IMG/VR virus record: IMGVR_UViG_3300050501_000425
DNA from: a virus
Reading direction: 5' to 3' (one strand)
Length of the DNA stretch: 53,102 bases
A program made the position numbers and the translations under genes. Positions 31,315-40,815 of this stretch are shown here, in pieces; the stretch's first letter is position 1, and every line of letters starts with the position of its first letter. The notes beneath the pieces are model-generated. The model had not been told where the DNA came from and ran no database searches. It saw nothing but the letters and a program-made list of their open reading frames with translations.

Positions 31315-31379
31315 CAGGCCTCCGTGCCTCCGGGGGCATGCCTGGGGGCACGGAGATCTTCCAAGATTGGAGCTTGATT

Positions 31380-31943
31380 ATGGCCGGTGGCTCGATGACC
31401 ATCACGGTTCCCGCCTACACCATGTTGCCCCAGGTAGCCCAACGGGTCACCTGCTGGGCCGGTGGCGTCGGTGGTGCCGACACCCGCAGGGTGAAGATCA
31501 TTACGGTGGTCCCCGGCCCTGCGGCCATCCAGATCCCCGAAGAGATCTTCGTGGCCCATGGCGCCCTGGCCCTGGAGCCCGGTGGTGCCGACATCCTGTC
31601 GGGCTATGTCGCCGGGACCAACGTGACCTTCAGCGCCGTCAACGGGGCCTCGGCGGCCCAGAATCCCAACACCTGTGCTGCCGACCCCGCCCAGGCGCCC
31701 ACCATCTCCACGATCGACATGAACGTCGGCGGCAACCCGCTGGCGATCACCTTGAACTATGCCAACTTCACCGGCGCCGGGACGGTGAACATCACCTGGG
31801 GCGACGGCACTTCGACTTTGGGTGCGGCGGAGTCCGGTGCCTCCAGCCACACCTATCCGTACCGTCCGGGCACCTTCGTGATCCGGGTCGCCGATGCCTC
31901 GGTGGCCACCGATTTCGTGGAGACCACAGTCTTCCTGCCGTAA
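31380..31943 (+). CDS. Structural protein with a PKD/Ig-like domain
   Basis: NITWGDGTSTLGAAESGASSHTYPYRPGTFVIRV. ATG 31380 in the frame of ORF 31008..31943. Confidence 0.6.
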   Translation: MAGGSMTITVPAYTMLPQVAQRVTCWAGGVGGADTRRVKIITVVPGPAAIQIPEEIFVAHGALALEPGGADILSGYVAGTNVTFSAVNGASAAQNPNTCAADPAQAPTISTIDMNVGGNPLAITLNYANFTGAGTVNITWGDGTSTLGAAESGASSHTYPYRPGTFVIRVADASVATDFVETTVFLP

Positions 31944-31960
31944 CCGAAAGTGAGGACGAG

Positions 31961-32380
31961 GTGGCGACCAGGCTTCCCACGGCGTCACGAAACGCCGCCA
32001 CCAATGCTGTCACGGCACTGGTGGACGCCGACGTCGGCGCGGGCACCATCCAGATCCGCACGGGTGCCCAGCCCGCCTCGGCCAATGACGCGGCCACGGG
32101 AACCCTTCTGGCCACCATCACCTTGGCTGATCCGGCCTGGAGTGCTTCCGTGGCCGGTGTGTCCACCCTGGATGCCACCCCGGTCCTGGCCACCACGGGC
32201 GTGGCGGCCGGGACAGCCGGATGGTTCCGGATGCTGGACAACTCCGGTGACACGATCCTCGATGGTGCCGTCACGGCCACCGGTGGTGGCGGGGAACTGG
32301 AGCTGAACACCACCACCATCAGCATCGGTGTGGCGGTGGAGATCACCGCCGGGACGCTGACCACGCCTGCCTCCACGTAA
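31961..32380 (+). CDS. Hypothetical structural protein (139 aa, GTG start)
   Basis: Frame of ORF 31367..32380. GTG 31961 follows AGGACGAG. Confidence 0.5.
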   Translation: MATRLPTASRNAATNAVTALVDADVGAGTIQIRTGAQPASANDAATGTLLATITLADPAWSASVAGVSTLDATPVLATTGVAAGTAGWFRMLDNSGDTILDGAVTATGGGGELELNTTTISIGVAVEITAGTLTTPAST

Positions 32381-32392
32381 GGGGGAACGGCG

Positions 32393-33934
32393 ATGGCCGA
32401 CACGATCTACGCCGCCCAGACCCCTGCATCCACTAATTTCGATGCATCCACTCATCACTGGGGGATGCGTTTCACCGTGTCCGCCGATGGCTCCTGTGTG
32501 GGCGGACGGGCATGGGTGCACAGCACGGGGCGTCCTGACACGTTCTTCTGGCAGCTGTGGAACGATGACACCAACACCCTGATCGCCGAGGTGAACCTCA
32601 ACCCGCTCCCGGCGGCCACGGAGCCCGGATGGCTGTCCTTCACGTCGGCCGACTTCAGTACCCCCGGTGATGTCGCCCTGGTGACGACCGATGTCTACAT
32701 CGTCAACGTGTTCTTCCAGACCGGCGACGGCGTGTTCACCGATCCCGCACCAGTGTTGCCCATCGGCAACGGGACCGTTTCGGCCGACACCGGCATCTTC
32801 AACAACGGGGCGGCACAAGGATCCATCCCCACCACCACCAGTACCACCTACTTTTTCGCCGATGTCGAAGTGCAGGAGGCCGAGACCACGGTCACCGGCG
32901 TCCTGGACATCACCATCCCAGCGCTGGAGATGGACTCGGCGGGTGAGTCCACGGTCTCCGGTGTCCTGGATCTGGAGGTCCCGGCACTGCAGGACGATGA
33001 GGTAGGCTTAGTCGTCACAGCTGGGGTGCTGGCCATCACCATCCCGGCGATCGAGCTTGATGCCGACGGGCAACTGCCGGTCACGGGAACACTCAACATC
33101 ACCATCCCCGCGCCGGATATCGATCTGGATGGGGTGTCGGCGGCAGGAGGTGCCACAGTGGGTCCATGCGGTTGGGTGATCCCCACGCCGATTTGCTGCG
33201 ACGAGTGGGCAACCCTGAGCCCCGTGGTCCAGGCGTCAGCGGGAGACTATGCGGCCCTGATCCTGTGGGCCGCCACCGGCCGCCAGTTCGGGTTGTGCAC
33301 AGTGACCGTACGTCCCTGCGGGATGAACCGGTGCCCGGACGGCATGGCCGACTTCTTCGGCTGGGACTGGTCGGGAAACTCTTGGGTCCCATACATTTTC
33401 AACGGTACCTGGTTCAACTGCGCCTGCCCTGGCGTGTGTTGCTGTGATCCTCGTTGCCAGATCAGGCTGATGGGTCCGGTGGACTCGGTGACCGAGGTAC
33501 TGTTGGGCGGGATCGCCGTGGACCCGGCCACCTATCGCGTGGATGACAAGCACTGGCTGGTGCGCACCGACGGGGAATGCTGGCCATCCTGCGTGGACAT
33601 GGACACTGATGACGGGGACAACGTTCTCGAGGTCACCTATGTGCGTGGCACCACGCCGCCTCCGGCGCTCCTGCGGGCAGCATCCACATTGGAGTGTGAA
33701 TGGGGCAAGGCATGCACGGGTGGCGACTGTCGCCTGTCCAACCGAGTGACATCCATTGCCCGCCAAGGCATCAACATCGAGATGGCGGATCCGGCATCCT
33801 TTTTGGACGATGGGATGACGGGACTCTGGGAGGTTGACAGTGTCATCGCCGCCCTCAACCCCTACCGGCGCAAGCAGCGTGCCCGGGTCTGGGCGCCCGA
33901 GCTGAATGTCCCTCGGACAGTGACGAGCCCCTGA
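32393..33934 (+). CDS. DUF4082-like N-domain, four 21-aa repeats, and a Cys-rich head-tail connector-like C-domain
   Basis: WGMRFTVSADGSCVGGRAWV...GWLSF... is DUF4082-like. The repeats are TVTGVLDITIPALEMDSAGES / TVSGVLDLEVPALQDDEVGLV / VTAGVLAITIPAIELDADGQLP / VTGTLNITIPAPDIDLDGVS. The C-terminal half is rich in Cys and Trp. Confidence 0.6.
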   Translation: MADTIYAAQTPASTNFDASTHHWGMRFTVSADGSCVGGRAWVHSTGRPDTFFWQLWNDDTNTLIAEVNLNPLPAATEPGWLSFTSADFSTPGDVALVTTDVYIVNVFFQTGDGVFTDPAPVLPIGNGTVSADTGIFNNGAAQGSIPTTTSTTYFFADVEVQEAETTVTGVLDITIPALEMDSAGESTVSGVLDLEVPALQDDEVGLVVTAGVLAITIPAIELDADGQLPVTGTLNITIPAPDIDLDGVSAAGGATVGPCGWVIPTPICCDEWATLSPVVQASAGDYAALILWAATGRQFGLCTVTVRPCGMNRCPDGMADFFGWDWSGNSWVPYIFNGTWFNCACPGVCCCDPRCQIRLMGPVDSVTEVLLGGIAVDPATYRVDDKHWLVRTDGECWPSCVDMDTDDGDNVLEVTYVRGTTPPPALLRAASTLECEWGKACTGGDCRLSNRVTSIARQGINIEMADPASFLDDGMTGLWEVDSVIAALNPYRRKQRARVWAPELNVPRTVTSP

Positions 33935-34470
33935 TGCCTGACACAATCCTGATTCCACTGGCCAATGTGCTGCTGGACTGCCTGGAAACTGCGGCCACAG
34001 CCAACCCTGATCCCCCGGCGAACTTCTGCCTGCGTGCCGGTGGTCCGGTGATCCATGATGTGGATGCGGCAGCCAGCCTGGACACGGTGTGCTGTCCTGG
34101 GTTGGGATATGTGCGGCTGGGGCGAAACTATCCTTCCTCCGCCGAGTTTCCGGCCCCGGATCCCCGCAGCGACAAATGCCTGTCACTGGCCAGGGTGCAG
34201 GAGTTCTTCGTGGGGATCGTGCGCTGTGTCCCTGGCCTAGGCACTCCGGAAGGCCCTTCGTGCGCGGACTGGACGGCGGCGGCGGTCCATGATGCCGACG
34301 ACATTCAGGCGATCTGGGCTGCGGTGTGCTGCTGGACGGACACGACAGAGTTCAAGCGGATGCGTTCCCGCCCGTTCAGTATCGTGGGTACCGAGGTTGT
34401 CCAAGAGGGTGACTGCATCGAACGGTTCATGACGATCCTGGTGCAGATCCCACGCTGTTGTAATTCCTAG
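33934..34470 (+). CDS. Head-tail connector-type protein (178 aa)
   Basis: ORF track. TGATG-coupled. Cys-rich. Confidence 0.55.
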   Translation: MPDTILIPLANVLLDCLETAATANPDPPANFCLRAGGPVIHDVDAAASLDTVCCPGLGYVRLGRNYPSSAEFPAPDPRSDKCLSLARVQEFFVGIVRCVPGLGTPEGPSCADWTAAAVHDADDIQAIWAAVCCWTDTTEFKRMRSRPFSIVGTEVVQEGDCIERFMTILVQIPRCCNS

Positions 34471-34490
34471 GATGCTGCTAGGCTCACGCC

Positions 34491-35069
34491 ATGAAGAGGT
34501 ATAGGCCTCCGCCGGGACTTGCTCCGTATGAGGCCCTGGTGCATCGTGGCTTTGCCAGAAACGGAGAGTGCATTCTTTCTCTGGCATCTAGGCATTCGGG
34601 CGGCTATCGCTACTTACAGCGGAATCGAAGGATGCTTTATGCTCATCGTGTTTCTTTTGAGAGGTGGCATCGCCCTCTAGGGGAAAGTGAACAAGTAGAT
34701 CATATTTGTCACAATCTTGCCGTCAAGCAAGGATCTTGCACAGGAGGGGCATGCCTGCATCGAAGCTGCGTAAATCCAGGACACCTGGAGGCGGTAACCA
34801 TGGGGGAGAACCTAAGGCGTAGCCCTTTGTGGGCGTTGTCTCTCGGCTGGAGAAAAGAGATTACCCACTGTCCCCGGGGGCATGAATACACTGAAGAGAA
34901 CACTCGAATATATCGTGGCTCCCGGCACTGCCGGTCATGCGCCCGAGAGAAGACGAGAGAGAGAAGGAGTCGATATGGCCACGCACGAGAAGATGTATCC
35001 GATCCTGCGCTACTTCGAGTACGCCCATCTGCCGGAGCCCCTCCAGGAGGTCTCCAAGGTGTTCTGTGA
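34491..35069 (+). CDS. HNH endonuclease (free-standing)
   Basis: YAHRVSFERWHRPLGESEQVDHICHNLA...CVNPGHLEAVT...CPRGHEY...CRSC. The 3' end overlaps the next gene by 95 nt. Confidence 0.75.
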   Translation: MKRYRPPPGLAPYEALVHRGFARNGECILSLASRHSGGYRYLQRNRRMLYAHRVSFERWHRPLGESEQVDHICHNLAVKQGSCTGGACLHRSCVNPGHLEAVTMGENLRRSPLWALSLGWRKEITHCPRGHEYTEENTRIYRGSRHCRSCAREKTRERRSRYGHAREDVSDPALLRVRPSAGAPPGGLQGVL

Positions 35070-35181
35070 CCTGGCTCACCAGATGGCCCTGGAGCTGCCC
35101 CACTGCCCGGAGACCTCGTCCGGGCTGCGCAAGTTGCTCGAGGCCAAGGACTGCGCCGTCCGGGCAGCCCTGGATGCCTGA
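34975..35181 (+). CDS. Hypothetical protein (68 aa)
   Basis: ATG 34975 follows GAAGGAG. Product begins MATHEKMYPILRYFEYAHLPEPLQEV... Confidence 0.6.
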   Translation: MATHEKMYPILRYFEYAHLPEPLQEVSKVFCDLAHQMALELPHCPETSSGLRKLLEAKDCAVRAALDA

Positions 35182-35321
35182 GGTCGAGGTCAAGGCGTCG
35201 CGCAGCTTCGAGCACGTCCTGGGGCGCTTCACCCGGGGGCGCTTCTACCGGCTGGAATCCGATGATCCGCTGGTCAAGGGACTGATCGCGGGGGGATACT
35301 TGATTCCCACGCGGGAGGTCA

Positions 35322-35423
35322 ATGATGATCAGATGGATTCTTCTGGGGCTGGCCCTGTTCCTGTCCGTGGTGTGGTTCTGGGAGTACTTGGACCAGCGCA
35401 AACGCAAGCGGGAGAGGCGGTGA
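35322..35423 (+). CDS. Micro membrane ORF (33 aa)
   Basis: MMIRWILLGLALFLSVVWFWEYLDQRKRKRERR. RBS GGGAGG. Confidence 0.45.
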   Translation: MMIRWILLGLALFLSVVWFWEYLDQRKRKRERR

Positions 35424-35426
35424 GCG

Positions 35427-35948
35427 ATGGCCAGGATCAGGTGGAACAACCATCAGATCATCCTGACGGCACAGCGTTTCACCGTGCCATTGGTGCGCAG
35501 GGTCGGCCAGGAGGTGCTGATCGGGGCCAGACATCTGGCGCCACGGGGTAGCCACCTGTCGGGTTCGGGTAAGGCCAAGACGGGTGAGCCTTTGAGCCCG
35601 TCGATCCACATGAACATGACGGTCAACACGATCCGGGTCAGCTCGGTTGTGGGCTCCAGGGTGAGCCATGCCGCCACCGTGCATCAGGGATCCAAGGCGC
35701 ACATCATCCGGTCCAAGGGTGGCAAGATGCTCAAGTTCCGCTGGGATCGGGGGGACTTCCTGGTGGCGGCCCGTGCCGGTAGGCGCCGGGGCAACAGGCG
35801 CACTGGTCAGTTCCATTACTTCATGCGGGTGCGCCATCCGGGCAACAAGCACCCGGTGAGATATCTGACCATACCGCTGGCCATGTTCGGGCGGATCAAC
35901 GGCTTCCGGGTGAGTACCACTGCGGTCAACCGGACCCGTCTTCCATAA
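35427..35948 (+). CDS. HK97 gp10-like head-tail joining / tail completion protein
   Basis: ...HAATVHQGSKAHIIRSKGGKMLKF...FMRVRHPGNKHPVRYL... has the gp10-family pattern. Position precedes the chaperones. Confidence 0.55.
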   Translation: MARIRWNNHQIILTAQRFTVPLVRRVGQEVLIGARHLAPRGSHLSGSGKAKTGEPLSPSIHMNMTVNTIRVSSVVGSRVSHAATVHQGSKAHIIRSKGGKMLKFRWDRGDFLVAARAGRRRGNRRTGQFHYFMRVRHPGNKHPVRYLTIPLAMFGRINGFRVSTTAVNRTRLP

Positions 35949-35962
35949 GCTACTATGCCTAC

Positions 35963-36382
35963 ATGTCCAATGAAGCCGAGACGTTCACGATGCCACTGGC
36001 CGGTCGGGAGATCGAGTTCCGCCGGGCCGGTGTGGGCCAGGTCATCATGTTGCAGCGTGTCTATGTCCGGGCGACCAGGCTGGCCGACGGGCAGGCGGAC
36101 AGCCAGAAACGGGTTGACCTGGTGGGTTCGGCCATGGTCCAGATCCTCGACTTCATCGACAGTCTTATGGTCAACCCGGATGACCGGGTCTTCGTCGAGG
36201 AGAAGATGCTCTGCGGGGAAATCGGCTACGAGGACTTGATTGCCGCCCTGGGTGGTGGCAAGAAGGCCGACGACACCCCCGATGACCAGGCACCGGCGGC
36301 GGTCAAGCGTGCCCCCAAGAAGAGCCCCAAGGCCGCCCCTGCCGCCAAGACGGTAGCCTCCCGTGGCCGCGCCAAGCGTTGA
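35963..36382 (+). CDS. Tail assembly chaperone
   Basis: TFTMPLAGREIEFRRAGVGQVIMLQRV... with a basic A/P/K tail. Position is upstream of the tape measure. Confidence 0.6.
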   Translation: MSNEAETFTMPLAGREIEFRRAGVGQVIMLQRVYVRATRLADGQADSQKRVDLVGSAMVQILDFIDSLMVNPDDRVFVEEKMLCGEIGYEDLIAALGGGKKADDTPDDQAPAAVKRAPKKSPKAAPAAKTVASRGRAKR

Positions 36383-36902
36383 CCTGCTGGCGCTTCTACG
36401 ACCTTCACACGTCAGTGTCACCATCGCCGGGCATCCTTTCGCCCTGGATGCCTCATGCGCCAGCCATTGGCTCGGGGCCATCGCCACCGACCCCGAGGAC
36501 CTCCACGGCATCATGCCCGGCCTGATCGCCGATGACGACCTGGACCTGATGCAGGAGCTGGCGGCCACCCATCCCGACATCAACTCACGCTGGACGCAGG
36601 CGGCCAGGACGGCGCTGGGGCGTGCCGGTGGCCGGGACTGGTGGTGGACCTACAACCTGTCCAGGCGTGCCCTGGGCGCCTGGATGTATGTCAACGGAAT
36701 CCTGTTGCGCCAGAACGTGGATGCCAAGAAGGTGTGCTTTCCGGACTGGCTGGATGCCTGCTACACCATGTTGTGGCAGAACGCCGATGATGAACACAAG
36801 ATGAAGCTGGACATGGAGTTGTCCTTGCGGCCCAAGGGTGTCGCGGTCAAACAGTCCCCGGGCTCAACCAAGCAGATGCTGGCCGCTTTCGCCGCAGACT
36901 AG
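36363..36902 (+). CDS. Second tail assembly chaperone-position ORF
   Basis: ORF track. Overlaps the upstream gene by 20 nt. I saw no obvious slippery heptamer. Confidence 0.5.
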   Translation: MAAPSVDLLALLRPSHVSVTIAGHPFALDASCASHWLGAIATDPEDLHGIMPGLIADDDLDLMQELAATHPDINSRWTQAARTALGRAGGRDWWWTYNLSRRALGAWMYVNGILLRQNVDAKKVCFPDWLDACYTMLWQNADDEHKMKLDMELSLRPKGVAVKQSPGSTKQMLAAFAAD

Positions 36903-36943
36903 ATGGCCTCACCAACTGAGTCAATCTGATCTATCATGATGCC

Positions 36944-38770
36944 ATGTCCCTGGGCGAAGCGTTCATCGAGGTTCGCGCGGATCTGCGGCCTTTCGGCCGG
37001 GACCTGCGCCGTTCGGTGCGACCCCTGGTGGAGGCCTTCGAGCGGGAGATGAACAATGCCGTCGGCCGCGCCGTGCTCGCCAACTCGGAGCAACATGGCC
37101 GAGCGGCCGGGGACCGGATCAGCCGGGGGATCAAGAACAGTCTGACGGAGCAATTCAAGCACAAGAATGTCTTCATCGCTGTCGCGGCGGCACTGGGTTC
37201 GGCCCTGGACGATGGCATCTCGGCGTTGCCCACGGAGATCAAGGCAGCCATCGTGCTGGGCCTGCTGGCCGCTGCCCCCCTGCTGGCCGGTGGCCTGACC
37301 GGCGCCCTCGTGGCAGGTATCGGCGGCGGCGTCACGGCGATCGGCGTACTGCTGGGATCACAGTTTGATCTTGTCCAGGAACGGGCGGTCGAATTCGGCC
37401 GCAACATCCGCCGTGAGCTTGTCGCCTCGGCGGGGGACTTCGTCCCGGCGATCCTGAACGCCTTCGACATGATCGAGGCCAGGGTGCGCAGGCTGCGACC
37501 CCTGCTGGACCAGATCTTCAATGTCTCCTCCAACTTCCTGGAGCCTCTACTGGAGGGGGTCCTGGGTGCCATCGAGGGGATAGTCCAGGCGATCTTCGAC
37601 AATCTGGACGAGTTCGACTCCTTCGTCGAAGAGCTTGGATCGGGCATCCATATGCTCGGTGATGCCATCGGCCAGGCCATCGGCATCCTGGTCAGCACCG
37701 GCGAGGATGGGGTGACCGCGCTGCGTGACCTGATCGCCCTGGTCAGCATTCTCATCATCGCCTCGGCGAACTTGCTGCGGATTCTGACGCACGTGTACTC
37801 CTTCGTGCGCAAGCTGATCATCGCCACCGCCGAGATCACCGGGGGACTGTCGATCCCCCTGATGTTGCTCGCCAAGGTGTTCCGGGATCTGGACGAGAAA
37901 GCCAACAGGCTCAAGTCTTTCGTCAACACCAACACCGAGGCCACCCAGGGTATGGAAGGCCTGATCGTGGCGACCAAGGGCGAGACGGATGCCCTCAAGG
38001 ACTACCGCGACGCGATCGAGGCGGCCTCGGATGCGGTCAAGAACCAGCTCGAGTTGAGCATCTCCTGGGAGGAAAGCCTGGACAACATCCGGGAGACGTT
38101 GGACCGCAACGGAAAGACGATGGACATCGGCACGAAGAAGGGGCGCGAGAACGTCAGGGCCTTCCTGGACGCCCTCAAGATCGCCGAGGATGCGGCCGTC
38201 CAGCGCGTGCGCCGAGGGGAGCTGACCGGCGAACAGGCCGCTCTGGTCTACAGTCAGGAGGTCGCCCAGCTGCGCCAGTTGGCCCGCGAAGCCGGGATCA
38301 CGGAGGCGCAGTTCGAGCTTCTGTTCCAGCAGATCATCGAGACCGGCGCGATCCGCATCTCCGCCACCGAGATGGGTGTCGATGACCTGCGGGGCGCCCT
38401 GGGCGAGGCGGGAGCCGACGCCGAAGAGCTGTTCGCCATCCTGAAGATGATTATGAACTTGCGGCGCTCCATCGGCGCTGGTGCCGTGGCTGGTGTACGC
38501 GGGTTCGCCGAAGGCGGCATCCTACGCTTCCCCGAGACCATCAGGGCGGCCGAGACCGGGCCGGAAGCCATCATCCCGCTGACCAAACCAGCCCGCGCCG
38601 CCCAGTTGCTGCAGCAGTCGGGCCTGTCATCCATGCTCGGTGGCGGCGGACCGAGCCAGGTCCTGGTGTTCATCGGCAATGAACAATTGGACACCCGCAT
38701 GGTGCGCATCGTGGAACGCGGCAACCAGGCGCAGGCATTGGCACTCAACCATGGGGGGAGGACCTTCTGA
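36944..38770 (+). CDS. Tape measure protein
   Basis: 608 aa. Helical and Ala/Leu/Gly-rich with a central hydrophobic stretch. Canonical position. Confidence 0.8.
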   Translation: MSLGEAFIEVRADLRPFGRDLRRSVRPLVEAFEREMNNAVGRAVLANSEQHGRAAGDRISRGIKNSLTEQFKHKNVFIAVAAALGSALDDGISALPTEIKAAIVLGLLAAAPLLAGGLTGALVAGIGGGVTAIGVLLGSQFDLVQERAVEFGRNIRRELVASAGDFVPAILNAFDMIEARVRRLRPLLDQIFNVSSNFLEPLLEGVLGAIEGIVQAIFDNLDEFDSFVEELGSGIHMLGDAIGQAIGILVSTGEDGVTALRDLIALVSILIIASANLLRILTHVYSFVRKLIIATAEITGGLSIPLMLLAKVFRDLDEKANRLKSFVNTNTEATQGMEGLIVATKGETDALKDYRDAIEAASDAVKNQLELSISWEESLDNIRETLDRNGKTMDIGTKKGRENVRAFLDALKIAEDAAVQRVRRGELTGEQAALVYSQEVAQLRQLAREAGITEAQFELLFQQIIETGAIRISATEMGVDDLRGALGEAGADAEELFAILKMIMNLRRSIGAGAVAGVRGFAEGGILRFPETIRAAETGPEAIIPLTKPARAAQLLQQSGLSSMLGGGGPSQVLVFIGNEQLDTRMVRIVERGNQAQALALNHGGRTF

Positions 38771-40815
38771 TGGTGAGCCTGAATGCCACTGTCTTTCCGG
38801 ATGAAGCATATGTGCTGGTGCAGGCCGATTGGTCGGGGGCAGCGTTTCGCGACACCTTCAGCCGGGTCAGCGCCAGCGGATGGGGCAACGCCGACACCGG
38901 GCAGGCATGGAGTGCTGTCGTCGGTGCCGCCGGTGACTTCACCGTCAATGGCACCCAAGGCCTGGTGACTCATGCCGTCGTGAACACCGACCGCTTGATC
39001 GTGGCCGACGTCAACATGGCTGATGTGATCTACACCGGTTACTTCACCAACACCGGCGTCCCCACGGGGGCAGGCCTGGAAGTCAAGATCGCCGCCAGGT
39101 TCGTGGACGCCAGCAACTTCGTGGACGCCCGGATGTTCTTGAACACCAACGGTACCGTCACCACCAACTTGCGTCAGCGCATCGCCGGGGTGGACACCAC
39201 ATCAGCGACTGTGCTCATACCAGGGATCGCCAGCACCGGTGTATACGGCTACACCCTGTATGCCGTGGGCGGCACCCTTGCCTTCCGGGCCTGGAACGCC
39301 ACCGGGCCTGAGCCCGCGACCTGGGTACAGACGTTCACCACCACCATGCTTTCGGCCGGTGACGTCGGCGTGGGGTCATTCGTGGATGTCGCCGTCACCA
39401 CGGCGGTGCCCATCATCTTCTCGCATGACAACATGGTCGCCTATGATCCGGCCCTGGTCACCACCGACTGCGCCTTCGTGACCCGACGCAACACGGTCAC
39501 CGGGGAGATAGTCTCCTTGCGCCCCTACGTGTTCTACAACGCCGACGGGGCGCTCATCCTCGAATGCGGCCAAGGGCTGTGGTGGGACACCGAGCCCCCA
39601 CTGGATGTGCCCCTGGAGTACTGCACCACGGCATGTGACGCCGAGGCTTCCCTGTCGGGCAACTGCTGCTTCGAAGGCGGCTCCGTGGCCCCCTGGACCG
39701 CCACCAACGGCGTCCTGACCTCATCGACGGCCTTCTCCCATGAGGGACTGTCCTCGGGGTTGCTCACCCCCACCGGGGCGGTGATCGAACCGCATTTCTC
39801 CCAGGGCATCACCGGGATCGTGGCCGGTGTGCCACTGACCGTCAGCGCCTGGGTGATGTCGCCGCAGGGATGGAACGCGGTCACCTTGCGCCTGGAGGTG
39901 GTCTACAGCGACCTCACCACCGAGACCGTCAACTCCCCGGTCGAGATCATCGACGATGGGGAATGGCGATACCTGAGTCTCACCTTCACCCCGACATCGG
40001 CCGGGACTGCCACCTTCTCCTTCTACACCTTGGGCCTGCCACCCAACACCACACTGTTCTATGTGGACCAGATCCAGGCCACCCAGGCGGTCGATGTCAC
40101 CGCAACAGCTTGTGAGACAGTGACAGTGGAGGGTGAGGGCTTCTGGCTCAAGAGTCCCCTCCATCCCTGCCTGGATGTCGCCGTCGGCATCTGCAACCCG
40201 ATGCTGGAAGACTGTGATGAGGACTCCCGGGTGTCGTTCGCCAGTATGCCGGAGGAGAACTACTCCCCCAACACGGTGCTGCTGGCCCCGGTCAACCGCA
40301 GGCGCCCGCTGCCGATCAACCGGGTGCGCCGGGATGTGGAGGCGACACTGCGGTTGATCGCCCATGACTGCACCGCCCGTGACGCCGTCCTGGCGATCAA
40401 CGAACCCGGGGATCCCTTGCTGTGGCAGGCTCCGGCGGACTATTGCACCCCGGACCGCTACATGTCGGTCGGGGTTCTGGGCGAACTGAAGATCAGCGTG
40501 GATCACCGGGAGGACTTCCGGCTGATGTCACTGCCGCATGTGGCCGTCGATCGCCCCGAAGGACCCGCCGATGGGGTCTGTGGCGCCAGGATTGCCGACC
40601 TGTGTGACATCTACACCTCATGGGGGGCAATGAGCACGGCCGGGCTCACCTGGGAGGATCTGCTGCTGGGCAACGCCTCCCCCAGTGGTCCTGGCCAGGA
40701 TCCCGCGCCAGCAGCCGCCCGGACGTGGGATGAGGTGGAAACCGAGTTCGCCGACTGGGATGCCGTCGAAGCCGGTGGCACCCGGGACTGGGACGAACTA
40801 CGGGACGGCCTGTGA
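38770..40815 (+). CDS. Minor tail protein (distal-tail position, 681 aa)
   Basis: Directly after the tape measure and TGATG-coupled. Beta-rich. Confidence 0.65.
   Translation: MVSLNATVFPDEAYVLVQADWSGAAFRDTFSRVSASGWGNADTGQAWSAVVGAAGDFTVNGTQGLVTHAVVNTDRLIVADVNMADVIYTGYFTNTGVPTGAGLEVKIAARFVDASNFVDARMFLNTNGTVTTNLRQRIAGVDTTSATVLIPGIASTGVYGYTLYAVGGTLAFRAWNATGPEPATWVQTFTTTMLSAGDVGVGSFVDVAVTTAVPIIFSHDNMVAYDPALVTTDCAFVTRRNTVTGEIVSLRPYVFYNADGALILECGQGLWWDTEPPLDVPLEYCTTACDAEASLSGNCCFEGGSVAPWTATNGVLTSSTAFSHEGLSSGLLTPTGAVIEPHFSQGITGIVAGVPLTVSAWVMSPQGWNAVTLRLEVVYSDLTTETVNSPVEIIDDGEWRYLSLTFTPTSAGTATFSFYTLGLPPNTTLFYVDQIQATQAVDVTATACETVTVEGEGFWLKSPLHPCLDVAVGICNPMLEDCDEDSRVSFASMPEENYSPNTVLLAPVNRRRPLPINRVRRDVEATLRLIAHDCTARDAVLAINEPGDPLLWQAPADYCTPDRYMSVGVLGELKISVDHREDFRLMSLPHVAVDRPEGPADGVCGARIADLCDIYTSWGAMSTAGLTWEDLLLGNASPSGPGQDPAPAAARTWDEVETEFADWDAVEAGGTRDWDELRDGL

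Noticed and set aside
36226-36382. A programmed -1 frameshift joining the two tail chaperone ORFs.
   Set aside because: The arrangement is canonical, but I saw no X XXY YYZ slippery heptamer in the overlap. The downstream ORF has its own GTG.
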